Notes: generated by a model from the letters alone, not told the origin. Shown: positions 14,660-28,065, numbered from the stretch's first letter. The stretch is 64,000 bases of DNA from Epiperipatus broadwayi (GCA_028023455.1 JAQFVV010000004.1:20212001-20276000), one strand, 5' to 3'. Numbers and translations are program-made.

Positions 14660-14698
14660 CCTCACTGATGACAGCCAGAGCTAGAAACCAGTCTGAGG
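14660..14698 (+). ncRNA. Minimal type I hammerhead ribozyme
   Basis: CCUCA-CUGAUGA-c AGC caga GCU a-GAAA-CCA-GUC-UGAGG; stem I can extend through flanking GAAUGUC-CUA / UAG-GAUAUUC. Confidence 0.85.
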
Positions 14699-15289
14699 AT
14701 AGAGATATTCAGAAAAGCTTGATAAGAGCTATTAGGATGCTCATTATATAACTTTTTAAGGTTATACAATTTATTAGTAAAAATAGAGAAGGATCATATA
14801 ATTATTAATTTATTGTTTTTATTATTATTTATTTAGTGTTTTAATTATTTAGTTTTTAATTATCATTTATGTTGTATATTCTGAATAATAATAATTGCCT
14901 TGATGTCTTTGATCTCTAAATTTATTTATGCCTTTACTTTACTATGAAGTTAATGTAAATCTATCAGTAATGGTTATCATTATGTTATTCTTATAATAAA
15001 TAATGGGTACTTAGATTAGCCCAGACACTAAGATTGATTAGGGATAATTCCAAACAATAAAATTCATTATAATAAATATATTAATGCAATAATTATATAA
15101 ATGTATGTATTTAAAAAATTTTACTTACTAACAGATTTTTTAAAAATATATAATCCTGTCTAATAACTAATTTTTTTAATTAGTTTTATTGCTTACATCA
15201 CTTTTGTTTTTTAATTATTGTTAGGAAAGCAAAAAAAAAACATTTTTTTTTATAAACATTAAAACATAACCTTATGTCTGTAATCAATG

Positions 15290-16970
15290 AGCATGCAACA
15301 TTTGTCAGATGACATAATACTTTCCAATTGAAGATGAAAGTCAATTTAGGATTGCAATTCCATTTATGGACATATTAAAATTTTTTCCTGAGAAAAAAAT
15401 AAAGGCAAATAGATGTAACAATGGATTTTATATTGGATTCAAAATTTCAAAACCATATAATTGTCAAAATTTTGCATCGATTTATTAATGCAATATCCTA
15501 CAATATGTGCAAAAGTTTTAAAAGAAGTAAAGTGATTTTCAACTACATATTTACTTGAAAATTTTTTTTCACTATCTTTCAGATTTTTTAATTATGGAAG
15601 TTAAATTATCTAATCCACAAAGGCAGAAATCATAAGATTACTAAAGTTAAATGTATTTGAAAATTATAAAGTTTGAATTTTTTTAAAAGATAATAGAATG
15701 AATTCAATAACTAGTAAAATATCACCATCGTCTTACAGATAAATGATAAAAATAAACCAAATAATTGAAAGATTGCAATAGTAATGTTGATATTTAAAAA
15801 AAAAACTAATAAAGGAACAATGAATATGAGATGTCATTATGCTTTGAATTTGTAGATTGTAAAAATGTATTTAATTCTATAACATTTTCTTCAGTGATTA
15901 AAGCATTGGATTATCAAAATATATAACCAGAATATTGTCATATTCTGAAAAATATCAAAATGCGACAGCAATAATTAGGTTACATAGTAATACTAAGAAT
16001 ATGAACTTTGAGAAGAGATTATAACAGGGGGACTTCAAATCTCCAAAACTTTTTAAGACAATTTTATCAAAAGTATTTTGTGGATTAAAATAAGAAGCTA
16101 AGACAGTAAAAGTAAATGAAGATTATTTAAATCATCAAGATTTTTCACTTGATATGGTAGTTTTTGCAAATAATGCTTCAGAGCTTCAAAAAATGTGCCA
16201 AAAGTTATCATTCTATCTTTTCCAAAGACTTTATCATGTGGTTGAGTGTTAGTATTCATTCATTTATAGTTAAAATCTTCAAAGCACATGTGCAACAGTG
16301 TAATGCTGTTTTAAATATTACAGATGAAAGTAAGAAAGTTGGACTAAAAATAAATGGCAAAAAGAAATAATGTTCAATAAAATTTCTCAGAGAAAGAAAA
16401 TAAAAAATTGATAATCATGAATTACAAGAAAGTATTAATACACATGAAAACAACAGATGAAAATAATCATAGAATTAAACTTGAATGGAGTGCTTTTGGT
16501 AGAAATAACTTAATATTTTAAAAAAATATGTCTATGTGTTTGAAAAGAAAGGTTTTTAATAAATGTGTTTTAGCAGTTCTTATTTACAGATCTAAGACTT
16601 CAGTATTTAACAGAACAATAAACAAACTTCATACCACACAAGAACTAACAAAAAGGGATAAGAAATAAAATACATGTGTGAGGATACAAACAGGTATTAT
16701 TTACATCAATGAATGAATTAAGAGACTGAAGTGGAATTAGGCTGGACATATTTCTAAAAGCAATGAAAACAGATGGTCTGTTAAAATCTTCAATTGGATT
16801 GCATGAGATTGTAAAAGTTCTAATCTAAAAAGAAATCACATGTGAAATGGATGGTTAAAATAAGAAAGTGTGCTGGAAGAAGAGAGGATAGAGATTGGAC
16901 AAACTGAATTAAACTTGGAGAAATCTTCTATCTGAAGTGAACTGGATCGATAATGGTTGAAAATGATGAT
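15290..16970 (+). mobile_element. Decayed RTE-clade LINE, 3' portion
   Basis: QGDFKSPKLF, DMVVFANNASELQK, ESKKVGLKIN, WSAFG, LKRKVFNKCVL, KWN*AGHI, NRW and a TGATGAT-type tail. Confidence 0.8.
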
Positions 16971-19407
16971 TGTGTAAAATAAACAATTATAAATAATTTT
17001 AAAATACTTTACTAAATTGTTCAAATTTCATATTTTTATTTCGCTTTTACTGTAAAAAGAGAGAACTAATATTTTTTTCTTTAATGTATATTATAGAATG
17101 AACTATTTTTCACAAGGCATTAAATTTGACATGCACTTTTCCATCGAAAGTAGGTTGCAGTAAAGAAGGGTTCCCCTATTTTCTTCCAAAATGTAAGCTT
17201 GTGGTTAAGACCTGTAGAGGTCTCTACTATCGCATTTTTATGTGCATATTCTTGAGGTTACAGCCTTTGTAAATATTACTTCCACAATATTACAAATATA
17301 CAAATTGCTTAATTATTAATTATTATATATATATATATTATACCAGATTAACATACTATCTTCCAGCCAGTAAAAAATAATTGCATGATCTGATGAGAAA
17401 ATAAGGAAATTCTAGCATCAAAACAGCCTAAGGCTAATGGATAGGTGCATATACGATAGTTGTATCCTATCACCCCACCATTGTAGGTCCTTATGATTCA
17501 ACTCTGGGAATCATACCTCTAGATTATCTCATAAACTACAAGTATATATAAAACGACTATTTATACCTTAGATTAATAATTGATATAATAATAATGATAA
17601 TGGTAATGATTCTTCCATCCATAGCTCTACAACTGATCCTACATTGATATTACCACTGACTTTATCATGGTGTTATTAATTTAGAATTGATAAATCAATA
17701 CAATGGTATGCATCGATGTATATTATAATAACTTTCAAGGAGCCATTGGATGTCCCTATGACCACATTAATCCCTTGGCCTACCTGAAACCATTTTAGGT
17801 GGCTTCCTATCTCTAATTATTCATCAAAATATCATTACATATTTAAGCCATGGGTTATGATCAGAATCCAATAGTGAGGATGATTATCAAGCTATTTTCA
17901 TAAGCAAATCAATCAATACTAAGAATATAGACTTTCTTGATCAGATAATTCAATTTTATTGTGAATTATTCATCAACTTACACAGAAAAAAAAAATTATA
18001 TAATAATCAACAAAGATTAGTCATATTCAGTGATTAACAACAACAATAACAAATGTAACCCCCACCCCTTGAAATTTATAATCAATGGTTGGACGGCTGT
18101 ATTATGATATATGGATGTTGATACATTCAGTAGGTATATAGAGACGTCTCAGATTATAGAAAATTTAGATTTCATAAATAGCCTAATCCTAGCACACACA
18201 TACGCATATAGTATATACATAATATATATAAAATATCGAAAAATAGAAAGGTAGGTACCAAAAGTTTCCCTAAATTTTAAAGACATGGGTGTCTATTGAT
18301 AGATTTGTTTCCAATCCTACTCTTCATTCATCCAGTCCCCTATTAAACTAGATTATTAATTACTTTAAATTTATTTCTCATTATAATAAATTGTGACCTT
18401 TCTTCTCTTTCTAGATTTGCACATTTATACACAATCACACTCATACATACAGATAGTATTACATGTGTGTTATTTTCCACCATTACAAAATTTTGTATTC
18501 GATCTTCATATATATATATATATAATAAGAAAAAATACTCCCCTTTTTAATAAATGATGTTTATTTTAACGATTTGGAGAAAAAGAAAAATGGCTAGGCA
18601 TTAAAAAAATTTATATTAAGAGTTATTGAGAAATAAGTTTGATATTACCAGTTGCTTCTTTTTTGGTTGGAGAAACTATCTCAGCTTAATAACTTTTATG
18701 TTAAATCAAGTTTATTATTATTAACAATTTAAATCTGGCCACACACACAGTCTTCTGACATGCGTAGATATAGGTCACAGTGGTTTATCCAGAAAATTTC
18801 TTTTAATCTCAGGCTCACACTTTTACAGTGATGACAATGATTATATGGGCTTGGGATAAAAATTGTTGGTTTTCAGTCTGCATTTCCCCCATGACAATTG
18901 GCTTTGGTATCGTAATTGTTTTTTTTTTCTCTTTCCTTTCTTTTTGGAGGCATGTCAATAGAGAAATGGATACTTTTTCCTACATTTCTTGAATTCACTC
19001 TGTATTGTAGTTTTCAGATGTTCACTGGAATCCATAGACTAGAGAGATAAGGCAATAGTGAGGTTGGAGTCTCCTTTGGTCACTTATGATCATCCATGGG
19101 CACTTCTTAGTTTCCATACTTCATTTAAAATTTCAGATGTGGGAGAATTCTTGGAAGGCCCATGGCCTTCCAATAAAATATTTTAGAGTTTAGTATTGTA
19201 TGTCATTTGTAAAATCTTGAATATATATAAAAAATAAAGTTTTCTGATGGGTTGGTTCTAAGTTTACTACTTAAGAACTAAAAATTAACTCTCTAATTTA
19301 TTGGATTGACTATCTATTTTACTGGACTCTACTGGACTGACTATCTATTTTACTCAATTGACTATCTACTTTATTCAACTGACCACCTATTTTACTTGAT
19401 TGACCAT

Positions 19408-20106
19408 TGTTATATCTGCACTTACGACTGTGCCAATGTTATATCCGCACTTACGACTGTGCCAAGGTTATAACTGCAAGTCATACTGTGTGGTCAGCAA
19501 ATAACGTTATACAATTCCCACACTGTTCTTTTCCAATGAGTGCTTTCCAATGAATCGGTCTGCAACGAATGCTCTCCAACGAATGCTCTATTCTGCAACT
19601 AATGCTCTGCAATGAATGCTTCTACTCTGCAACTAATGCTCTTCTCTGCAACTAATGCTCTTCTCTGCAACTAATGCTCTTCTCTGCAACTAATGCTCTT
19701 CTCTGCTGCGGTCTCCCCATGGTGGGCTCTTCCAGCTACACCCGTGGACTACATTTCCACTGGGCGCTGATCATTAATCGCAACGCGAGATATCTCTACT
19801 CTAATACTGTCCGCTACTCACTACTGCATGACTGCTCTCTACTACTGCTACTCACTAGTTGTTATACAGTCCTCTTATCTCTCTGTGATAACTGCAACAA
19901 TCAATCAATACACGGTCCAATAAGGCAATGTCTCTTATCCAGAAATATTTGTAATCAGCAAATATTTCTTGGAATTGTCGATCGCCATTATGTCAATGGA
20001 CTAATTAAATTCCTCAGTTATCAGAGCGCAATCTAAAAACCTCTCGAATAAATTCTAGTTTTTTCTGGAGTGCATAAAAATGTTTGCCATTTTTACAAAC
20101 ACTACA
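19408..20106. mobile_element. Solo LTR, 699 bp
   Basis: TGT...ACA ends with exact 5-bp TSD ACCAT; internal 29-bp (x2) and 19-bp (x4 or more) tandem arrays; CpG retained. Confidence 0.85.
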
Positions 20107-21000
20107 ACCATCTAATCTTTCATTCAATTTCTTGCTTAGTTCCATATATTGACTCTATAATTTACTGGATGAACTGTATATTTTTACTCGTTTGACTATC
20201 TATTTTCTCATTTAATTACTTACTCATTTCCCTGTCTTGGTCTAACAGGATTGGTAACATAATTCATTTATTGCCCTTTATTTCTACTGTCCCTTCTTCA
20301 TTGTCTAAATCCATATTACTTTGATTTTACAAGAATTAATGCTATCTGCCTATCTTTTAAATTAATAATCTTCTCTTCCTAGAATTTATTTGATTACTCT
20401 GTTTTCCAATTCTATGATCACCAAGAATCCACACATCTTCCCCAAATTTCCAAGAACCTATCACCTGTTGACTAACTTACAACTGTATTGCCTTGCATCC
20501 AACCTCTCCAGTTTTCTCTTTATTTTCATGCCTATCATTTGATTACCCATCACCTCTATTATGTCTACTCCTTATCTCAAGTAGATAGTACATATTGGAC
20601 CTTTAGTTGATAGTACCAAATTCTTTATGCACACCTTCTATCTTAACCCTTCCTTCTTGGAACTTACTATCCCATTTTTCTTGAGACTTTGCGAATTTGC
20701 TTACCAGTTCCATAATCCAGGCATCACACCTATCATCAAATTCTCAAATCTTACTTTTCAAATCCTCTTCAAAATTTTCTAATTGATCATTTGAGATTCT
20801 AAATTTATCATCACATTTCTTTTTAAATTCCTCCAACTGCCCCTCAACTCTATCATTAAAGTCTTGATATTGAATTTTCATTCTTTCACAAATTTCTTTA
20901 TATTGACTATATAGCTACTAATTGAAATTATATATTGCATTCCTTCTCTTGATTATTGATCTCCATTCCCATTATTTATTATTCTAATAATGCATAAAAT
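20107..21000 (-). mobile_element. Decayed coiled-coil gag-like ORF interrupted by the solo LTR
   Basis: Minus frames rich in E/K heptad-like sequence (DRVEGQLEEFKKKCDDKF). TTGACTATCTATTTT repeats continue on both sides of the LTR. Confidence 0.35.
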
Positions 21001-22906
21001 TAGTGAATCATTATAATCAGTCCAACTACAAATAATGCAATTAAATATACATAAGCTAAACTAAATAAAAAATTAAAAAAAAACTCCAAATCTATATTTT
21101 CAATATTTATATTCTCGTTCCCAACCTGAGATCTGTCTATTTTATTTATCAATAGGATCCAGAATTAAAGTTGAAATGAATGCAGATAAGCATTTTTGCC
21201 ATACAATATTTTTTGATTTCTCTGTCAAAATTTATCAATTTACGAAATCTAATTATTTTCAGATCAAGCTAAACAAAGACTTTATCAATTTTTTAAAGCT
21301 AATAATTTTCCAGATCAAGGACAAATACAGAAAGACATTCATACTTTTAGAATGGAGAAAATGCTTGTTGCAGTTATTTCAGGGTCCTTCTACATTTTCT
21401 TTAGTGATCAGGTTACATAATTGAGATTTGATATTAAATTGTGCTATCACACTTCTGACATAAAGCTGTAACAACAAATAGAAAACTAAATTAAATGGCT
21501 GAGTGCTTTCAGTATGATAGCACAATTTAATATTATCATATTGAAGACAAACATAAAGTATAAATCTACAGGTTATTACATAATTGAGATTTAGTGATTT
21601 TCAGCTTTTTTCTAAAATTTAGTACATGATTTTTTTAACTCCATTAAAAAAACCTTTTTCTCAAAGCTGCTTCTCCAACAGCTAATCAAGAATCTCTGCT
21701 GCTGCTGACTTCTTCAGAAGCTTTCAAAGACTAAAAAATGGCTACTGTTTCCTTCAACAGTTGAGTCAAGATTGACTGCTGCTACTGAGTTTTTCAACAG
21801 CTTAACTAAGACAGACTATTCTATACAAGCTATTGTTGTTTACTGATTTATCCACTCCCTTATCTTATTGTTTTTGGAATAATCCTGTGTCCATTCAATT
21901 ACAATCTTGTATTCCACCTTCAAAATTAAAATCTCAAAACAAGTCAAAGATAAAAAATTAAATTTAAATCATAAGAATAACTTTTTCTGTAGTTATTTTT
22001 CTCCTATGACAAATATAAGATAATCCCTTAATTACCATTGATTTGATGCACATTGCCTTTTATTTTGGAGAGAGATAAAGAGAAAAAAACTTTAATTAAT
22101 TAAAACAACATTCAACAAAAAAGGTTAAACATTATTTTTTTCTCTTCACCCTTAAAAAATCTTGCTAAAAATAAAATGTTAGCTACTTTATCTTTCTCAA
22201 AAGTTAAAATTAAAAATTGTTAAATAATTTACAGAAGATAATTTTTTTTCTCCCAGTATTATTAAAATCAAAACTAGTAGATAATTAAAACTACTGAAGA
22301 GAGAGAACAAAATAAATTATTTTTGATTTTATACCTTTCTCTTTCTTTTACAATTTTTAACCAGTTATAAGAGAACAAAATAAATTATTTATTTGATTTT
22401 ATATCTTTCTCTTTCTTTTAAAATTTTGAATCAGTTATAATAATATTCAGATTATTATTTAAAAAAATAATGTTTAGAAATTCTCATTATCATTTGATAA
22501 AAAAATTTAAATAATTCATATTATTATTAATAACAATAAAACATATAAAAGAATTAAATTTATCATTTTCACATTCTAACTGTACTTATTTACAAGTTTG
22601 TAATATTTGACATTGCCAGAGTTGGTCTCTGCCTACAATATCACTATGTATATATATTCACTGTGAAATACATTATAAATAAGAGAGCTTTTAATCACGT
22701 TTCAATAATGTTAAATGTTAATTAAATTAATCTCATAGTTAGTTACATTTCATTTTGCTGTCTGCACTTCCTTTTAAAATGTAATTGTGATTTGCAAAAT
22801 GAGATTTAACATTATTAAGAGCAGTGAATAAAACTTCTATTATGTGTTATGAATCATATATTAGAATTCTACATAAGCCAATAATAGTAAAGATATAAAT
22901 AATCAC

Positions 22907-23002
22907 CTGTTTATAAGCTTCACACATCACTGCTCTTGCAGCATAATCAAAAAAGTCACCAATTATGATACGAGCATTTTTCTTTTTTAGTTCTTCTAAA
23001 TA
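22907..23002 (-). CDS. Internal exon of a Venus-flytrap-domain receptor (Venus kinase receptor / GABA-B-like)
   Basis: Poly-T...TAG acceptor and CAG|GTGATT donor; phase 0/0; 32 codons YLEELKKKNARIIIGDFFDYAARAVMCEAYKQ, resembling the LK--D-RII-G-F----AR-V-CE-YK block of GABA-B/VKR flytraps. Confidence 0.85.
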
Positions 23003-23823
23003 CTAAAAAAAAAAAAATTTTTTTAAAGGTTTTTTTTATTTACAAAATAAAAATCATGAAACAGCCAGATCATGGAAACCCAAAATTTTAATATTTAATT
23101 GTTAATAAATAAATTTCTAAAACAAAAATTATTTGTGATAAACTTCACAATTAAAATTTCTTTCTTATATAAGTATTGTACAAACAAAATAAATACCTTA
23201 GGTTTATCTTTGCTCTGTATAAAAAATTATTAATATAAGCATTAATTCCTTAAGCATGCAAGTACACTGATATTATTATATTAATGAATTAGTAATTGCT
23301 GTCATATTGAATCACTCATAGATAAGTAAATATATTAGCTATATATTTAATAGTTTTTAAAAAATAATTACAGTATAGTAATGTCATTACTTTTTATAAA
23401 TTATATCATAATAAATTAAAGTGCTAGATTAGATTTTACAATCAAATTATTTGGATACAAATTTCTAAATTTTTCATTTGTTTTTATAAAACAAACACAA
23501 ATAATATATCCAAGACATATGTTAAAACATATTTAAATAAATTTAACAAAATTGGTCAATCAAACACACACAAACATGCAAATTAATAAATAACTAGTCA
23601 CTATATCAATACACAGAGAAAATCAACAACCATTTTTTTCATTGTACAATGTTTAGTCCCAAAACAAGAATTTCATCAAATGATCCTAAAATTAAAATTA
23701 ATCCTTTCCTCTGATATATCTACATGATGATTTTCAATGTTTAAATTAGACATACAGGGTGGTGTTTAAGAAAGCACTCTCAGATATTAACTACATGCTT
23801 CAAAATGTTAATCAAAACACACA

Positions 23824-24357
23824 TGAAAGTCTGAGTTTGAATCCCTTACATATATATTTATGTGCAGGTGTAAGCCTGTACAGTGTATTAATTTACATAT
23901 TGAAACAGGGTTAAAGGTCTGCCCACCCCTCACATATGTATGTAAAAATGGATTATTCTCATGTAGATGAGGTGTCAGAATGACTAACATCAACATGGGT
24001 AGGATGACAACCTTGGTACTAACGAGGGCTTTGTACATTCCATCATCAAATTTTCAATGAAATGGAAGGCTGAAGAGTTTTGGGTTGGAGTAGGTCGAAG
24101 CCTGTCCATTAAAGTATGAAGATTGGCTATCTTAATATAAAGCTGAGCCCTGATTGTATATATGTGTAGAGACGGTAATCTGGACCAAATGATAAGTGCT
24201 GGTTTAGCATGAAATATGTATATTGGTGATTATTTATCTTTTCAACATGTGTGTGATCAGGTGGATCAGCAATATGAGGTGGCATGAAGAATTAAGGGTC
24301 GTGTGAAAGTCTGAGTTCGAATCCTTATATAGGTATGTGTATACAGTGTATTAATTT
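23824..24357 (+). mobile_element. ~480-bp HHR-bearing repeat unit with terminal redundancy (retrozyme-like)
   Basis: TGAAAGTCTGAGTT(T/C)GAATCC occurs at 23824 and 24304, and TACAGTGTATTAATTT follows both. Homologous to 27640-28065 in reverse. Confidence 0.7.
24184..24227 (+). ncRNA. Degenerate type I hammerhead (core mutated)
   Basis: ACCAA-aUGAUaA-GUGCU GGUUU AGCAU-GAAA-UAUGUA-UA-UUGGU; stems intact, C3 and G8 changed. Confidence 0.55.
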
Positions 24358-24611
24358 AAAATAATCATTATAAATTTTTTTAAAAACTTTTGCTTTAAAA
24401 TTGTTTTATCTGTTAATTTCTCTAATTATGTTTTTAATCATTTATTCATTTTTTTTTTTTATCATTTAGCTTGTCTTTCCAAAAAAATCTTGTGAACCAC
24501 TACCACTTTTTCTTTTAAAAAAGTAATGAATTTTTTTTTTTTTTTTAAAAAAAAAAAAGGAAATTCAACTCAAAATGTTAAATGTTGTAATTGATTCATT
24601 TTTCTATATAG

Positions 24612-24673
24612 ATGCGAAGAATGGCAAGGAAACAAGAGACATCTGATTGTGACATGTAGAAATCTATTACAAA
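24612..24673 (+). CDS. Candidate isolated 62-nt exon of unknown gene
   Basis: Pyrimidine tract plus TAG acceptor, AA|GTATGT donor, one fully open frame CEEWQGNKRHLIVTCRNLLQ. No partner exon found. Confidence 0.3.
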
Positions 24674-27639
24674 GTATGTGAAGTAAAAAAAAAATTAGTT
24701 TTACAGTTCTGTAAATCAAAATAGCAGATCATAAAAAATAATAAATTGGCATATTGTGGTGATATCCCTGTCAGTAAAAAAATAAACACCTTTAACTTAT
24801 TTTTGACAACATAATCATTGTAAAACATGAAAGAAGAAGAAAGGATTAAAAATGGATTAATTACCAAAAGAATAAATAGAACTCGATGTTCATGAGAGAA
24901 AAAAAGGATTTGTCATAAATTTTAAAAAAATCAACTAAATTATTAAAAAGTAATCCTTTTAATTTATTTTTTAAAGGCTATTTCTATAGCACTTGCAAAA
25001 CTTCAGAATTTTCTTGCTCCTTACTTGAGCACTTACTTGATAGTTTGCATTTCAATTATTATAATTTTTTAAAAAATTATTTCAGCTTTTTGAGATAATG
25101 ACGTTAATAAATGTTGTGTTGAAAAATGACTTGTTATAAATGAGTTATAGAAATTGGAATTTTTACAATTTCAGTTATATATTCTCAATTTTATTATAAA
25201 TTCAGTCCTATGTGTATCTTAATCCAATTATAATATTGCAGGGTAAAGAGATAAAAATTCTTGGATTAATTCCTAGTTTAAAAATGCATCATTTTGGCAC
25301 TTAAATGGAAATGTTCAACATGCAGCTTGGAACATCATGATCTCTAAAGCACTGAATCATCTATTTACAAAAATAAAATGCCATTTAAATAATATTAAGG
25401 ATCCACATTGTATATTTCAAAATGAATATATGTTAAGATCACTGTTTAAAAGACATATTTTAATATTCAATAGAAAACTATAACACCTTAATTTTTAAGC
25501 TACATTATAAACTTTAGTGAGTCCTTTCATTTAGTCAAAATAAAATATCTAAAATATATATCTTACTTTTAAAGAATAAGCTTTAAAAATATAATATTGT
25601 CAAAGAATAAACTGTTCTGCATATATTAATGTTGTGGTAGTATGGCAAAGTTTGAACTTCAAATGATCATGGTTGCAACTCTGTCATTTTCAGTGCTTGA
25701 ACTTCTTGTGATGCCATGAGAAATAGATGTGATTATTTTAAACACAGATTTAGGCTAATTGATCATTGCATATCCTAGATCAAAGGGGTGAATAATATTT
25801 AACTAAATTTAAAGTTGCAGTGATAACAGCACATTCTTTAATTAAGCCTCAAAGCTAATACTTTCTGATTTATGGATAACAGATAACCCTGTGGTTTCCC
25901 TAACATTAGTAGAAAATTATCAAATGTTTAAGCACAATTAAGTACCATAAAGCAAATATCCATAGCCTGGCAAATAAACTTTTCAAATTTATATACATAT
26001 AAAAATAAAGATAAAATGATAAAAGTCAGATGTCACATGACCTAATTTAATAACATTAATAAAAGAATAAAGATAGAAGAAATGATAAAGAATTACCAGT
26101 AATATACACCCAATAGAGCTATCTTTAATTTAAATATTCCTGAATTATTTGTTTTGGAATCTACAGTTTATCCTGGTTGATGACTGCAAATCCTTTAATC
26201 CTTATTGAAATATTTAAATTATTATAACATCTATGGCTGACACTCACTATGGACAGATAATTAATCACAGACATGGTTTTTCTAAATTACTTCTTTTAAA
26301 AAATAATATCAGTGTGTGTTAATAAATTAATTATCATTTCACTAAAATATTTTAAATAATCCTTTAAATATATTTTTATTAGCTTTACATATAAATTAGA
26401 ATGTCATTTGTTTGTTGTTTAATAACTCCATAACTATTACACCAATCTTCTTAATTCACACAATTTTTTTTTCACCAGTCAACTTTTATATAGTGGTAAA
26501 TTCTGTAGAGATTACTATTAGTATCTGCAACTTTGTTTATAGTAGGAGTAAATTTTCCAATATTTTCAAACAAGTGCCAACAATCAAAAATTCACAGTTT
26601 ATGGAATTCTCCAAAAAAAAGGAAAGAAATCCACACAAGATTAATGAAGATTGGTACGTTTGTTGGGTTATTAAGTAACAAATAAATGAAGAAATGAACT
26701 TGCACATATATATATAACAGATATAGCTGGCTTCATTTATTATTTTGATTACAAAAAAGAACAAAAATTTAAATCAGACTTATGGGAATTCCAGTATATA
26801 AAACTATTTATTATTAATTTTTTTACATTAAATCACAAAATATGACTGATGATCATTAAATGATACTATTTCATTATAATTCTCTATAGTTTGCTGGAAG
26901 GATCTATATTTGACAGACAATGCCAAACAATGAATCCTCTTGGAAAAAGTATAATTTAGGAATTAATTATACTTTAGTATATATTAAAAATATAATGATG
27001 CTATGTATAAATTATAAACGTTCACAATAAAATTTTAAATTTTCACAAAAACAGTTAAAAAAATGCATTCATGAATTATTTAAAGACTGATTTGATTAAA
27101 AAGAAATGTAACATTAAAATGAAATTCCAAGAAATTTTAATTGATTTTATGTTGCCTATGTTTTTAGGGAATTGTATTTTTTTTATTTGCATTTTAACTT
27201 AACATTTACTTTCAATATATTAGAGTGAAAAACATTAACTCATGAAAAAAGAAAATTTAATAACTATTCTTTAATATGTCCGATAAAATAATGGAAATTA
27301 AAGAAATAAAAAAGTATTTATTGCAAAAAATAATTGATGTTAAATTATTTAATTTTATATAAAAATAAATTGCTCGGATCTTGAAAGCACTTTCAACTAA
27401 AAAATAAAAATATACTTATAAATATATATTGTAGATACAACATTCATAAGATAGTCAAAATAAACACCGAAAATCATTAAAAAAATAATTGAAAGATATT
27501 ATTGTTCAAAAGTTCATACGAACTTAAAGCATTGGAAGAGACAGATTAAGTTATGATCAGTTACCCCCCCCCTCACAGGGAAGGTTACTGAAAAACATTT
27601 AGTAACTGAAACACAGGCTTATTACATACCTATGTCTAT

Positions 27640-28065
27640 ATATGTAATATTTAGGGTATATGAGCACAGACTTTCACACGTCCCACCACTCTCCATTCTA
27701 TCTAATAACACTGATACATTCAAGCATATATATGCTGAAAAGATAAATAATCACCAATATGCGTATTTCATGCTAAACCAGCAATCATCAGTTGGTCCAA
27801 ATTATCATCTCCCACACATATATACTATAAGTGCTCATATATATATTAAGATAGACAATCTTCATACTTTAATGAACAGGCTCCAATCTACTACATACTC
27901 CAACTCTTCAACTGTCCAACCAATTGAAAATCTGATGATGAAATGCTCGAAGGCCACCCTGAGGCTGAGATTCTTGTCACACCCATGTTGACCTAAGGTC
28001 AATCTGAACCCCACATGTATTAAATGGATTATGTCCTGTACACGTATTAAATGGATTATGTCAGC
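27640..28065 (-). mobile_element. Second copy of the ~480-bp HHR-bearing repeat family
   Basis: Reverse complement aligns with 23940-24320; short tandem duplication at 28015-28065. Confidence 0.75.
27753..27796 (-). ncRNA. Type I hammerhead ribozyme, intact core
   Basis: ACCAA-CUGAUGA-U UGCU GGUUU AGCA U-GAAA-UACGCA-UA-UUGGU. Confidence 0.75.

Larger units (their letters stand above)
14451..14760. repeat. Foldback element, ~115-bp arms and ~80-bp loop, one HHR per arm
   Basis: 14469-14565 is a near-perfect reverse complement of 14646-14742. Confidence 0.9.

Noticed and set aside
17380-17420. CTGATGA...GAAATTC
   Set aside because: No stems flank the core.
19620-19710. CRISPR-like array
   Set aside because: Units are directly adjacent with no spacers, in a eukaryotic LTR.
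21690-21725. Minus-strand CTGAAGA in a GCT-rich repeat
   Set aside because: No GAAA partner or stem III.
24060-24112. CTGAAGA...CGAAGCCTGTC as a second HHR in the 480-bp unit
   Set aside because: GAAG instead of GAAA, no stem II, and not kept in the second copy.
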